From positions 5,828,001 to 5,892,000 of the forward strand of contig NW_025963891.1 of NCBI RefSeq assembly GCF_023055435.1: a stretch of DNA of 64,000 nt. Direction: 5' to 3'. Under the pieces are notes generated by a model. It was not told the DNA's origin. It was given only the letters and a program-made list of their open reading frames with translations, and did no database searches. This DNA comes from Haliotis rufescens. Its lineage: Eukaryota. The first letter of the stretch is position 1. Each line of letters opens with the position of its first letter. This document shows positions 35,601 through 49,700 of the stretch, piece after piece. The position numbers and the translations under genes were made by a program.

Positions 35601-37087
35601 GCAGTTCGGTAATACACTGAACATATAAATGGTACCCCACCATCTATTTTAAGTGTAAAGAAAAGAAAAGTGTTTTTGTGTGTGGGGATTAGATGTTTTA
35701 TGACGACTACATTATTATTACTATAACTGAGTCGCATGCGCATATGTCTGGTCCATTTAAGACTTCCCTCATTGGACTATTTTTTAGTTCCGAGTTTCCT
35801 CGTGAAAATCTGTCGAGGACTCCTTGTGACTGAAATGCTCAAACCACAGGTAGTTTGAATAGTGTGAAACACTCCATCTTGTTTCAACGGGCAAAAAGCT
35901 TTTTTCTATCGTTTCCAGTTGTACTGAATTGTCAACATCTTGAACAGAAAACATTGCAAGTTTCATTTTGTTGCTTTGAAACCTCATTTGTGCATCGTTC
36001 TCTATAGATATTGGATACACAATAAGGCCCTGCACACCATATACATGTAGGAGTTTAGTGGAGCAGTCCTTGCTGTACCTCACTTAAGACGTGAGGAAAC
36101 GGACCTTCAAAATAACCTGTTAGAAACTAACAGTTTTTGTCCGCCAGTCCTTATGATAACATCTAGCAAAACCCTTAAAATGGGCAAATTTCTACTAGTC
36201 CTTAAAATACCTTTACTATTGGGTAGTTTGGTAAGGACTATAGGACTAGTGCCAATTTCTAACGCTGAAATGCATTACCCCATCTAAACAAGTCCTCTTG
36301 GAAATGGGACGAGTGTTTCCTATTTGCCATAAGCAAGTTTTGTCTGTATTCACACTTGCAAAAAGACAACTAATGATTAGTGCACTATGTGTTTTAGTCG
36401 TATCGGCAATATGTCTGCCATATCGTGAGTTTAGTTCTAACCCTGCTTAATGCCCAAGTTCCATAGTCACCTTTTGATATTCCTCCACCATATCACAAAT
36501 TATTTCATATCGTTCGCGATTCTGGGTTACAATAGATCCCCAACAATGTATGCTGAAAACAAATGGTCGGGTGGTCAGGCTAACTTCGTTGAATTTATGT
36601 CACGGTATTTTTCGACAGCGATTTTTTCTGGCCAGGTCCTATTATTTACAGGTCAGTCGCAGCTGGAATGCTGTGTTAAACCAGTGCGGTTCTGTTTCAC
36701 ATCCCAAATATCCTTAAGACATGGTTATTTGAAAACAAAAGAATGTCTGATCAAAAATTGATAAAAATCATGAAAATGTAGGTCCTGATGCTAATCATCT
36801 GATACAACTCCCTGCTAAATGTATGCACTGCACAGTCACATTGGGTAACAGAACAAAATAGTTTGACATGTTAAACTTTAATGACGGACAAAACATGGAA
36901 TACAAAGACATTTCAAACACGAGTAAATAAAAATTTGAAATCTACCATGATGAGATGAACATGATTGCTACAGTGGAGTGAAGGGTGAGATGAGGTGATG
37001 GTTATGCTACAGACTGCCGCAGTGACAGTGTTCCACTGCAGCAGTAGCTACACATGGCAATGTACAGGATAGAACACATCCTCCATC

Positions 37088-38945
37088 TTATGCTGCCTTC
37101 TGGGAGCCCTTTCCGATCAGAGACTTGTGGATATGAGGGATGACACCTGAAACATGAACAGTGAAGAGTCAGGAATGTACAAAACTTACTTTCATCCACT
37201 AGTTATATAACTTACAAAACATATTTGTAGTGAGGCATCAACACTGCCTGAAAATTGGTTTCCCACAATATTTAACCAACACAGCCATATCGAAAAAGAC
37301 TGGTTTCAATCGACTTCCTGTATTACATCTTACACCATTGTTTTGATTGATTACCTCCCTTGCTTATTGAATTTGATAGTCTTTCCAGAGTAAACTAGCA
37401 CAGTAGCCTATTAATGCCCAAGCTTGGTCAAGCCGTATTTTGGGACCCCCATCTCTAATTGTGAATAGAAACACTCCACCTTAACATTCCATAATTCTGA
37501 AATTGTGTTTTTCTAAATTGTTTCATACATTGCAATCAACAGACTTCCTTGTTTTAACGTTAGAGTTTAATTCAAGATCTTTTGTACACCCTGATAAATG
37601 AAACTTTAAAATCAAGCTCTTGCAAATAAATTGATTTTTAGAAACCTGTTTCATACATCCTTCACTGGATGTGAATTAACACTGCAGGGTTCCAGATTAT
37701 TGGTTAGCCATTGAGTATCTATAGTTTCTTCAATATATTTTCTGTCCCTTGGGTATTTTTAAACTTATGAACAACTCTTTTTATAACAAATCTGCCAAAA
37801 ACTGTTTCAGGGGACCTGCAGTTAGCATATGTCCATGTGATGCCCCAAGGGTGTCCTGAATCAACATAAGCTCACGTGTCTAGCTACAGCAGGAGACGTA
37901 GCACTTTTTCTCCTATTTAATCAATGCATTCAATCAGTAAAGGCATAGTTAATTATACAGTACTGTTATATAAAGTAATAGTACGCAGTTTTTCACATTA
38001 GTAACTTATAAATAATAGTGATGGGTATTGCCCCTTGAACCTGTATTGCAATATTGCGATACAAAGTCGTGTATTGCGATACATACCACAATATATTGCT
38101 AAAACCAAATGTTTTCAAACTTCTGAGAAAAAATAAAGAAATTCTTCTGTTTTAAGACTTGTTTTATTATATTTGGGTAAAAAACAAACCCTTTTGACTA
38201 GAAAAAAGACTCATTATCATGATGGAGTTTTCCAAGAGGAGAAAACTAATGGAAGTGTTATTATTTAGCACCAAATCATCTCAAAAGTCAAAATGATATG
38301 TTTCTGTGTGACTAGTCAAATGCAAACTGTGTAATAATTGTCTGTGTGTCAATCGACAAACAGCAACATTTTCTTCGATTGTTTGATCGATATTACACTT
38401 TTTCAACCCGAAATGCTGCCACACATCGGATTTACCGCGAATATTTCTCACGACTTCCCAGTCATGATCCGCCATTTTGTTACCACGGATACGGCGAGAT
38501 GTCGTAGCATATTGCATTGTTATATAGGAAGGGATGTAACTCTAACCGAACGTGACATCAGCTTTATCGATAGCCTTTGAAACAACGAATTAAAACACAA
38601 AATTCAAATAGGTAATGCTTTTTTTAAATGGCAATTTATTGCGATATTGAAACTGTATCGCAATACATATTGGACACGAAGCCACATCGTGGTTAACCAG
38701 TATACCATTTATACCATGCACCTCTAATAATTAAAGGCGTCATGGTGACTTCTTGTATTTTATGGAAATATGTAACCTAACTTGAGCTGACAATGACATC
38801 AAATAAAGTACTTACCACCACCAGCAATGGTTGCTTTGATTAATGAATCCAATTCTTCGTCTCCTCTGATGGCTAGCTGCAAATGGCGAGGTGTGATACG
38901 TTTTACTTTCAAATCCTTACTGGCATTGCCAGCCAACTCAAGTAC
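37088..38945 (-). pseudogene. H2AZ: Histone H2A.Z (H2A.V) 5'-truncated unprocessed duplicate: last two coding exons plus intron
   Basis: Minus-strand exon 38945-38816 (130 nt, AG/GT bounded) translates [43 protein letters not shown]; exon 37146-37088 translates (G)VIPHIHKSLIGKGSQKAA*. This is the H2A.Z C-terminal half. No N-terminal exons found upstream. Confidence 0.92.
38016..38726 (-). mobile_element. Non-autonomous hAT element, paralogous copy
   Basis: Same element and site as 19957-20773; TSD ATAAATAA/ATAATTAA. Confidence 0.82.
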
Positions 38946-39402
38946 CTGAAAGAAACAGAAAAACATTGTCAATTCTAAATAAACTTGATAATGGGTAACA
39001 CTAATCCAAGTTGGTCCTACATTTTAATAGGGAGGTCACAATTCTGCTCAAAAAGTGACTAATAATAATCTACTATATTGTCAGATATTGTCATATGTTT
39101 CTTTACAGTCGCCCTTAGCAGAAAATTTATTTTTTTGATAGAGCAATGTGTTTGAGAGTAAATCAGTACACAAAAATAATGATTTAACTCGCATTCCTAT
39201 AGTATTTTGATTACCTGTTGACGACCTAGTTCCGCATGGAACTCTGGATAGGAGAGTGGTTGTGAGCGGCACAGATAGGCGTGAGAAGGAACAACACAAC
39301 AACCTTCTGCTTTTTGTGGGACAGCGGCCTGTAGTTGGACTGATATCAGGCGACACGTGTTGCCACAACTTGGACCTTACCGGACTCGGGAGGACATCCA
39401 TC

Positions 39403-41836
39403 ATGTTGCTAAGTCTCGTCACCTTGGCAACTGCCGTCGGGATTGTTTCTCCGCAGGATGTCCTAGTCACCGCACCGCACTTCCGGATACCCGTCGACCC
39501 GGAGGTGTACATGGATGCTGTAAGTAAAAAAATACCCTTTGTCCCAAAAGCTCAATCAGTGAAAAAACATATATTTCATGGATATTCTATTGCAGCAAGG
39601 GAGGAAGGAGGGGAGGGGGAGGGAGGAGGAGAGGGGCGAGTGGCCCACTTGTTTGAGGCACCGCGCTTCGTTGTGCAGAGTTATGTCCCTTAGGTACACT
39701 ATTAAGTGTTAATATTGTGGGTTTGAATCAAAGATTTGCCTTGATTTTCTTTCACCGCGCCTGTGGATTTGACCAAAACTGTAAACTCTTAGACCTGCAT
39801 CATTTCGGACTTTCCTCACTCATGAAGCTGACACGTCGCGACATAACTAAAATTCTGTTCATATCCTAACACCAGCCAACAAGACGAGACACTGTACAGT
39901 ACATGATGCCCCATGGTTCTCGTCTGCACTTAAAGGGGAGTCCCTATGCATGCTGAACACCACCATCTACCCGAGGCGAGGGTCTTAACTGACTATACTG
40001 GACTTTCCTAGTCAGTTAACTCCCTTGCCTCGGGAACATGGAACACAACATAATGTGAACGTTGTGTATAAGACGATTATATTGAAGCAAAATTTGTCAG
40101 ATGATACAATATATTGTTTAATGTCTAATGGAAGCATATTTGTTAGTATACTTACTTACACCCTCTCGGGGACCTTCTTTGTGTCTGTGACTGTACGACT
40201 CCCTCGTTGTCCCCAGACGGAGCTGATCACCAGCAAGGGCTTCCCGTGTGAGAACCACTACGTCACTACAGAAGACGGATTCATCCTCAACATGCAGCGG
40301 ATCCCTCACGGCAGGGGAGACAACTCGTCGGGGACAGGTAATAAATGAGTCTTCATGTGCATTATAAAAACAACAACGCCACGTAGAATATCATTGGGTC
40401 GGTCCTTAAGTAACAGGTAGATGTTTATAATTCATGCAAGGGAATAAGTTGTTATCCTACATTTATCGTGTGCAAACGAACGTGACCCCGGAACGTCACC
40501 AGTGAATTGTCTCAACTTACTCAGGTCTGTTCCTTTATTGTTTAAAGCCAAGCGCGCGGTGATGCTGCAACATGGCCTTCTGGGTAGCTCACCTAACTTT
40601 CTGGTGAACCTCGCCAACGAGAGCCTCGCTTTCATCCTGGCCGATGCTGGTGCAGACGTGTGGCTGGGCAACGTGCGCGGGAACACTTACTCACGTGCCC
40701 ACAAGACGCTGAAACCATCGGACAGGAAGTTCTGGGAATGGAGGTATATATACAGACGTACAAATATTGATAAAGTTAATGATCAAAGTCCACTCGATCC
40801 ACACAAGTAAGCTTACAACATACAATACTAATCTCCGCAGTTACGACGAGATGGCGAAGTACGACCTGCCCGCCATGATTGACTACATCGTACAGACGAC
40901 CGGGCAGCCCCAGGTCCACTATGTCGGACATTCCCAGGGGACACTCATCGGCTTCGCGGGCTTCAGTCAGAACAAGACTCTGGGTCAGCTGGTCAAGACC
41001 TTCATCGCCCTGGCCCCAGTGGCGACCGTCGGGCACATCAAGAGTCCTCTCAGACTTCTGGCGCCGTTCTCGAAGGAACTTAAGGCAAGCTTTACCCCAA
41101 TGTGTTGGAAATACGAGTTGGTATATCTGTGGAGGAAAAAAATCTGTTTCCGAAAATGCTGGAAATAATGTGTCCACAGGTTTTACACAAATCATAAATA
41201 ATCCTTTCACAAGAAATGCACAATATGCTGTGGGTCAACACGGAACTGTGTGTCTTTAATAATTTAGGTTGTTTGTGTTTATATTTTATATTGTGTGTCT
41301 GACTGAAAAAGATATCATGCCTCAAACGAAATCCCCGCCAAGACGTGATCGATGTTTTACATATTCCTAGTTCTGTTTCAGGAAGCCTTTGCTTTGTTAG
41401 GCCACGGCGAGTTGTTGCCGAGTAAGAATCTGACCAAATGGCTTGCGAGAACCATATGTAAAGATGCGTCTGTCCTCTGCGAGAATCTGTTCTTTGTCGT
41501 GAATGGCTTCGACTACCGGTCACTCAATTCTGTACGTCTTTGTCTTCCTGGCTGTATACTGATTCTGGAAGACAAGGGTTACGCCATCCTCGGCATCCCT
41601 ATAGGTGTAATATCTCTATTCTATTGTGATTAATACAACTGACCCATTTGCCAGCAAATCTTCGTCATCACCCAGATCACAAATTTGCAAGGAATCTCTC
41701 TTGGCAATGAGCTTAAATTAACTACCAATCAAAGGGACTCGATGAACGAGAATGTGATATTGACCACCTTTCAAAATTGAGTAACATTTGTGTCCTACAT
41801 GATAGATTAGGGTAAATTGGGAATTACAGTACACTG

Positions 41837-41880
<44 letters not shown>

Positions 41881-43934
41881 TGTATATACCATGTAAATGA
41901 TATCCTGGTATCATGTTTACAGTCTCGAGTTCCCGTGTATATGGCGCACACACCCGCCGGAACCTCCACACAGAACATTCTGCACTTCGGACAGGTGAGC
42001 CATGAAGACATGGTCAGGTTAGACATGAAACCATGGTCAGGTTAGACATGAAACCATGGTCAGTTGAGACATGAAGACGTGGTCAGGTGAGACATGGCCG
42101 GGTAAGACATGAGGACGTGGTCAGTTGGGATATGAAGACATGGTCAGGTGAGACATGAAGACATGGGCCGATGAGACACTCACCTTCACGCCCATATGTA
42201 GACATGGACAGGTGAGACACTGGTCGACACCCGTATATAGAAATTGACAGCTGAGACACTGGTCCTTTCACAGTATATAGGCAGGTGAGACACTAAAACT
42301 GCAATGGTGCTTCAACAATCTCTCACTTTTCTTCCCAGGGCGTCAACTCCGACAAGTTCCTGATGTTCGACTTCGGGTCTGCGGCTGCTAATACGGCGCA
42401 CTACGGACAGGTGAGTGCAGCCAATCAGGACGACTCCGTCCTCAACCCCGCACCACACACGCGCCATCTTGCGGCTGCCAACACGTGTCTGTATACCTGT
42501 ATACACCATGTGTCAAATCTCATGCATAGGCGGATCCAGAGGAGGGGTTGGTGGTGGGGGTTGGGGGTGGGCCGGGGCTCCCCCCTCCCTCCTTTTTAAA
42601 AAACAAATGTAGTATATTGTAGGTTGTAATATTATGAGAGGGGATTTTGATAGTTTGGTTCCCTTCCTTTTGAAAATGCTCGATCCGCCCTTTTCATGCG
42701 TTTTTTTCTTAATTCAAAATCCAGTTGAAACGTTTAACGTGCGGTAGATCACTTTGTGTTCTGTAGCCAAGTTCTACACACTTGCAGCCGCTCCCAGTAC
42801 CTGTGACTAGAGGTATGAACCAGTGTAAGCCATATATGTAAGTGGTATTCACAAGTTGTAGTATCGATGAAAACAGGATTGACTAGTGCCTTTATCAAAC
42901 AAGTGTTCAACCACTGGGTAGAAGACAAGATTACAAACACATGGGTGAAGAGTAGGGGCGTAACATAAACCTGTAACAATACGGTAATTAAAAGTCAGCC
43001 ATTATGTTTCATATGTAATTTACATCTGTTGTAAGGATTTGTCAAGTTTATTAAAATTTTAGACAACAGTATCTTCCTGGGAAGTATATCGCACAAAGTT
43101 CTCTACTGTCCTTTGTAAATATTATGTCTTCACAAAAAAAGTCATATTGAAAAGTTCTTTATCTTTATTTGTCCATAAATCTCAAAATGTGAAGCATACT
43201 TAAATGTGTCATAAAATACAACGTGCTTTCCTCTTTGAAAGCAATCGGTATATAAGGATTAGCAATATCCTATATATGTACCAACCTCATCTTTCACTGT
43301 TGTGATATTATTCTTGTATATGGCCAACTAGCCTCACGTACAGAAATAAAGAATTGAATACGGTTGTGATGAATAGCACGTGGTTTGATGCCAGTGTGTT
43401 ACTACTATTATTATTTACTATAGTAAATTACAAATACGATGTGATTCTAGTTGATGAGGTGACTGGTAGGCTGATGGGATGAAATAACCTCAATCCATGT
43501 CAAGTGTAGGGGCCCGTTATATCAGAGGCAGTGGGTTGGCCTAGTGGTTAAAGTGTTCGCTTGTCACACCGATGGCTCGGGTTCGATTCCCCACATTTTT
43601 GGTGTCCCCCAACACGATATTGCTTGAATTGCCACGCCGCCTACAGACTTGATCATATGACACTGATTCAGTCAAATACACTACAGGGCAATGATCTCTC
43701 TTCCAGGCCACGCCACCTGCCTACCGCCCGGATGAGATGGACGTGCCCGTGGTGTTGTTTAGCGGAGGAAAAGACTTCCTGGCAGACCCGGATGATGTCA
43801 CGTGGATCCGGTCTCAGCTGAAGAACATTGTTGGAGATCACGTGATCCCTCACTGGGAACATTTGGACTTCACTTTGGCTCTTGACGCCCCGGTTCTCTG
43901 TTACGATGAAATTAAACGGATTGTTTTTAGTTGA
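39403..43934 (+). CDS. Acid lipase type A copy 3 (LIPA/LIPF family), 399 aa
   Basis: Exons 39403-39519, 40217-40337, 40548-40743, 40841-41084, 41382-41531, 41923-41994, 42339-42410, 43707-43934; triad motifs intact; GC donor at intron 4. Confidence 0.92.
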
Positions 43935-44448
43935 TCAAACCACACCTTAGACCCAAAGAAAAAGAAAGGTCATTGCGAGTGTTGTTTTTTAATTAACTCA
44001 CAGCCCCGAAGGATTAATAATTATCTGTGGTCAATAAGACACGACATTCTATATTTATAATGAAGATTGCTGCCATGTCGGTTCAACACAAACAATGAGA
44101 TATTCTGTTTAACGCCTTCTTGGTAATTATGTCAGTTATTTCCCGGTATCTGTACTGGGGAAGTAGTGCCGTGTGGGGCGCAGGTCATAGACAATTGCCA
44201 CTTCTAAGACCCACGATTTATGATTATGATTCAGAGAGATCAACGGTCATAATCAGGGCGGATTTGGGATTCGAACACATACTACACCGTCCCCCATGCC
44301 ACCCTGAGTGACTGCATTCTTCCAGTGCTGTATTCTGTCCATGGTGTACGGCACTGACCATGCAGTACGGTCACTACTAGGACAATGACAATGATGACGA
44401 TACTTTATTTCCCGACAAGGGAATTGTATGTACACGTGATTAACACAG

Positions 44449-44580
44449 NNNNNNNNNNNNNNNNNNNNNNNNNNNNNNNNNNNNNNNNNNNNNNNNNNNN
44501 NNNNNNNNNNNNNNNNNNNNNNNNNNNNNNNNNNNNNNNNNNNNNNNNNNNNNNNNNNNNNNNNNNNNNNNNNNNNNNNN
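44449..44580. other. Assembly gap (132 N)
   Basis: Run of n. Confidence 1.
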
Positions 44581-45177
44581 AGGGTAAAGAGCACAACAGG
44601 CTTTAACAATTATTTGAAAGACGACTGCTAACTGGGATAAAAGATCTCCGAGCTGTTTGTTTTAAACCGTGGCAATGAGTGTACGTTCAACACTTAACAA
44701 GTGGTCTGGGTCAGATGTTTTTTTATGAGTAAGTTTAGAACACGTTTTTGATATAAAATGATGCGATTGTCAGAAGGCACTCCGGCAATATTGCCTGCTA
44801 ATAAAACAATTTTGTTAAGACGTGATTTGGTATGAAGTTACAGCTCTATCCCAGCACGAAAGGGAAAATGTTAAAACACTTTCAACAAACCATAATTATT
44901 ATTTTGACGTCAAAGAAAACCATTAACAACTGAAACACTTCACTTTGCACAAGCCATCAATTTGACCAGTAATATCCTCACATTGGAATCCCTCAGTATC
45001 TATACTTGAATATACTCAAGCCCATGCCCGTTGTTTTTTTAGTTAAAGAAATTTATTTTTTTTCCACTTATAACCTTTATAATTATGAGTTTTTGGATTT
45101 GAACCAGATAAAATGTTTATGACACAGCTCCAAGAAACACAACCAACCCATATGACGTTGGTATTGCATGTTATAGT

Positions 45178-46300
45178 TTATTTTGCAAGAAAAAACGAAT
45201 ATTCGAAGAAATTGTTTCAAATGTTCTTTATAAAAGACCAGATCCCGTATCCCAGCCGCTCTACGGTACAGAGTTAGGAAAAACGCCACTTTTGATTGTT
45301 TTGATGAGATTTTACCATGCCACGCCTAAGTGAAAGTGACAGATGGCGAGCCAATTCCGCGCAAACAGGAACACCATATGACGATGTTATCAATAGAACC
45401 TCGTCAGAGACCCGTCAGCCAGACGCCCAGACATGGATTCGAACCATGATCATCAACACAGGTTTCAGAAGTAAACTCTCGCATCCCGTACCATCCCTGG
45501 CAACAGAGGCGAATCTGTGGAGACAGTCCGGCGACGTCTACATATCTGTTATGTTCATTGCTTAACAAGTGGTGTGGATCAGATACATTTTTATGAGTGA
45601 GTTTAGAACACATTTTTCATATAAAACCATGCGATTGTCAGAAGATAATATTACTTGCTAATAAAACAATTTTGTTAAGACGTGATCTGTCATGAAATTA
45701 CAGCTCAATACCAACACGAAAGGGAAAACGTTAAAACACTTCCAACAAACCATAATATGACGATGTTATCAACAGAACACCCTCGTCTGAGACCCGTCAA
45801 CCAGACGCCAAGACATGGATTCGAACCATTCATCATCAACACAGGTTCCAGAAGCCAACTGTGGCAGCCCTAACCATGTCTGGCAACAGGGGGGTATCTG
45901 TGGAGACAGTCCGGCGACGTCTACGTATCTGTGGAGGCAGTCGTTGCAGGAACTCCGACATATCCTGCCTGAGATACGTGATGTCATTCCCCAGGCCTTG
46001 TCAACGTTTTGTGGCCTCAATGGGGCGAGGGTGTCAGGTCTGCATCAATGCACAAGGTAGACACACTCGCTACTGACTGACTGTGCCTCCGAACCCTGTC
46101 ATATTTGCATATGGCAACAGCGCTCTTCACATGGAATGTTGCTGGTTACCACACTACACACATTGCTCTGTTAATGCTATTAAATTCCATCCACGACATT
46201 AAATTACTTTGATCGATTGTCTCTGAATTTTGTTCGTCTAATAACGTTGCTTTTGAGTTTGTGCATATTGACTCAATGTTAGGCTAGCATCAAAAGTAGA
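45178..46300 (+). mobile_element. Tc1-type transposon relic, paralogous copy
   Basis: Same motifs in ORFs 45317-45565 and 45861-46076; ends approximate. Confidence 0.7.
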
Positions 46301-46712
46301 TTTGGCCCGAACATGGGGGAATCTGACAGTTTTATTGACATCATCACATCTTATCAGTTCACATACAACGCGTAGAGGTCAACAACCCCGAAAATGTTTA
46401 ATGATAAAGACTAAATGAAACACAATCATATTTAAAGCCATCATATATCTATTTAAAAAGGTAGGTTTTACCATAGCCTGAGACAAGTGTTTATCTTAAT
46501 TCATCATAAAGGTTTATTTACCTGGTCAACTGGTTTTCTCTTATATTTTAGGATTTAGGAACTTGTTTTTTAGCTGTCGACCTCTATGGCTATGCGTGAT
46601 ATAATAGACATGATAACGACAGCCGCAGCTGTTTGGTGGCCGACTTTACACATGTCAGTAGATCGGTGCTTGAAGTGACAATATTCGGCGTCATTTTTAA
46701 CAAAAAGCAGCC

Positions 46713-49700
46713 ATGTCCATAGTGCTGATCGTTAGTGTGTATCTGATACCCTTGCTGGGTTGGACAATGTCCACCCGCACCCAAGCGGAGGTACCCGGTC
46801 TGACAACCGACCCCGAGATCTACATGAACACTGTAAGTCTTTTCTCAACTAGATTTGCTCACAAGTGCGCATGCACGAACGCACACATACATGCGGAATA
46901 AAAAGTGAGGTTTCTGAATATATTTGTATTTATGGGTGTGGGTAAGACTGAACAGTAAATTTCTTTAAAAATATCCACGAACCCTAACTTGCTTTGCTCT
47001 GTATAGAACTGTCGTCACGTGCAGGTAGAATAGCCCGTGGGGATTTTGCGTTAGTACCGATGCCCGGGACAGTATACACATAATGGTTCTTTAATACAAT
47101 GTCAGTTGTCAAGAATCGATAGCAGACTCGGGGAAATTTTAAAGTTTTTTTTATTATTGGTAGTACAAAAGAGTGGCACCGCCGTCCGAGAAACATTTCC
47201 TTTACAAACTTACAACAAAAAAAACACTTTGAAGGAACCCCACTTCAGGAACACACTCTCCGTGAGCCTCTGACTGTTCGACTCCCTCGTTGTCCCCAGA
47301 CGGAGCTGATCACCAGCAAGGGCTTCCCGTGTGAGAACCACTACGTCACTACAGAAGACGGATTCATCCTCAACATGCAGCGGATCCCTCACGGCAGGGG
47401 AGAGAACCACACGGGGGCAGGTAACAAATGCCTTTTCACGTGAATTGTGTTGGGGACATGTACCAATATATGTCTTAATGTACATTGTGTGGGCGAGCTG
47501 TGTTGCCCAGCACAAAAAACTGAACAAAAGGCGACCTGTGGCGCCTCCACCCTTGAAGCCCAAAACCTAACAGAGAGCAATAGTTTCGGCTCATTTAGAG
47601 GATATTACATGACTATTTCGACCAGGGTTGCAACTGAAGCCATTATTTCAAGTATCCCGTTTTGTGATGTGCGATTCAATCTCCGTGTTACCTTGATCCT
47701 TCCTGCATCACCAAGCTGCCGCAGGCCATAGTGATATAATCCTCGTCATGGGTTTGTTTCCATCCACACGCATTCACTCCTTGCCATTATTTGCCGGGGG
47801 TATATTTTCAGGGTGATATTTGTTCAATACACTGATGAATAATCAACAACAACGAACTAACGTCGGACTTCATGTCCATCCGAAATATACAAGGTTATTG
47901 CTCCGTGAATAACGCGTGATTCTAGGTTCGTCAGCATCATACAGTGCACGTGGGTTTCAACAAACTGATAGAACTGAAATAGTTTTCCAAGCAGCGTTAA
48001 CCCATGTCTCTGACTCATGAATGAATGAAATGAGTCTACCCTCTGACTGAAAGCTTACTTTATGTCAAATTAGTTTCAGCCAAGCCAACTGTTCTGCTGC
48101 AACATGGCCTACTAGGAAGTTCCAACAACTTCGTTCTCAACCCGGCCAACGAGAGCCTCGCTTTCATCCTGGCCGACGCCGGCGCAGACGTGTGGCTGGG
48201 CAACGTGCGCGGCAACACTTACTCACGTGCCCACAAGACGCTGAAACCATCGGACAAGAAGTTCTGGGAATGGAGGTATATATATATTGGGAAGTATATA
48301 TACACCATAGCATGTGGTGAAGCCAATACTCTCCCCAATAAAGTTTTCACGTGTAGTTTTATGTATAACTATCCAAGTTTTGAACGACCATCTCAAGAAC
48401 ACTAATCAAGAACATTAATATTTCTCTCCGGGTATTTCAGTTTCGACGAGATGGCGAAGTATGACCTGCCCGCCATGATTGACTACATCGTACAGACGAC
48501 CGGGCAGCCCCAGGTCCACTATGTCGGACACTCTCAGGGGACACTCATCGGCTTCGCGGGCTTCAGTCAGAATAAGACTCTGGGTCAGCTGGTCAAGACC
48601 TTCATCGCCCTGGCCCCAGTGGCGACCGTCGGGCACATCAAGAGTCCTCTCAGACTGCTGGCGCCATTTTCTAAGGGATTGAAGGTAATCCTAAATGATC
48701 GCATCTACCTATAAGATCTTACATTGACGTGCCATTAATATATTGGTATAGGATTCGGATTTCGGTGCAGAGTGGCGTCCCTTGGCTGCCAGGATCCCGG
48801 GTTTGACGCGATTATGACCCTTGGTCTGTTAATACCAGACCCTTGCTCGTTTGTTTCACCAAAATTTAAAACGTCCACGGAAAAGTCAGATATATTTTTG
48901 GTGTGATCTGACCAAAACTATCCACACGGTCACGGAAATCTAGGGGTATGCATTTGTATGCACGTGAGGTGTATAATATGGATTGCCGACGTAAAACTTT
49001 CCTCCATGTTACTGTGTGTTCCATTATTTGTTTCCGCCAGTATATTCACAATGTTGCAGCTTTTTGATCTGTTCGGCCACGGCGAGTTCGAGCCCAGCAG
49101 CAACTTGACAAAGTGGCTGGCGAAGGATGTCTGCAAGGGTCTACCCCTCCTCTGTGAGGACTTCTTCTTTGTCATCAGCGGCTTCGACTACGCCACGGTG
49201 AACAAGGTACGTCAGCTGGTGTCCAGTAGACACGTGCACACAATTATGAAGCCATAATAAGTGGGATAGAAGGATTTTACAGTTTTCAGAAGTATTCCAG
49301 CAGTATCAAAGGTAACCAAGGATTGGCATTTTGTTCCAATTAAGAGAATCGACCCGCTTCTTCGAAGTGACAAGCGAAGCACTACCTAACAAGCTACCGT
49401 GCAAATTTACCTACAAACCGCTACTGGGAGCACTGTTACAAATTCCCGAGGCAAGGGCGTCCACAGACCTTAAAAGTCCAGTGGTAACTTGACGGTTATA
49501 GTCAGTTAACAACCTTGCCACGGGAAGATGGCGCTGTTATGTCTGTTCCACTTTCAGGCCTTGGTTGTGTTTCAGACTCGCGTCCCCGTGTACGTGGCCC
49601 ATACACCCTCGGGCACCTCTGTGCAGAACATGATCCACTTTGGACAGGTAGGTGGTACACCTTGAACAGGTAGGTGGTACACTTAGGACAGGTAGGTGGT

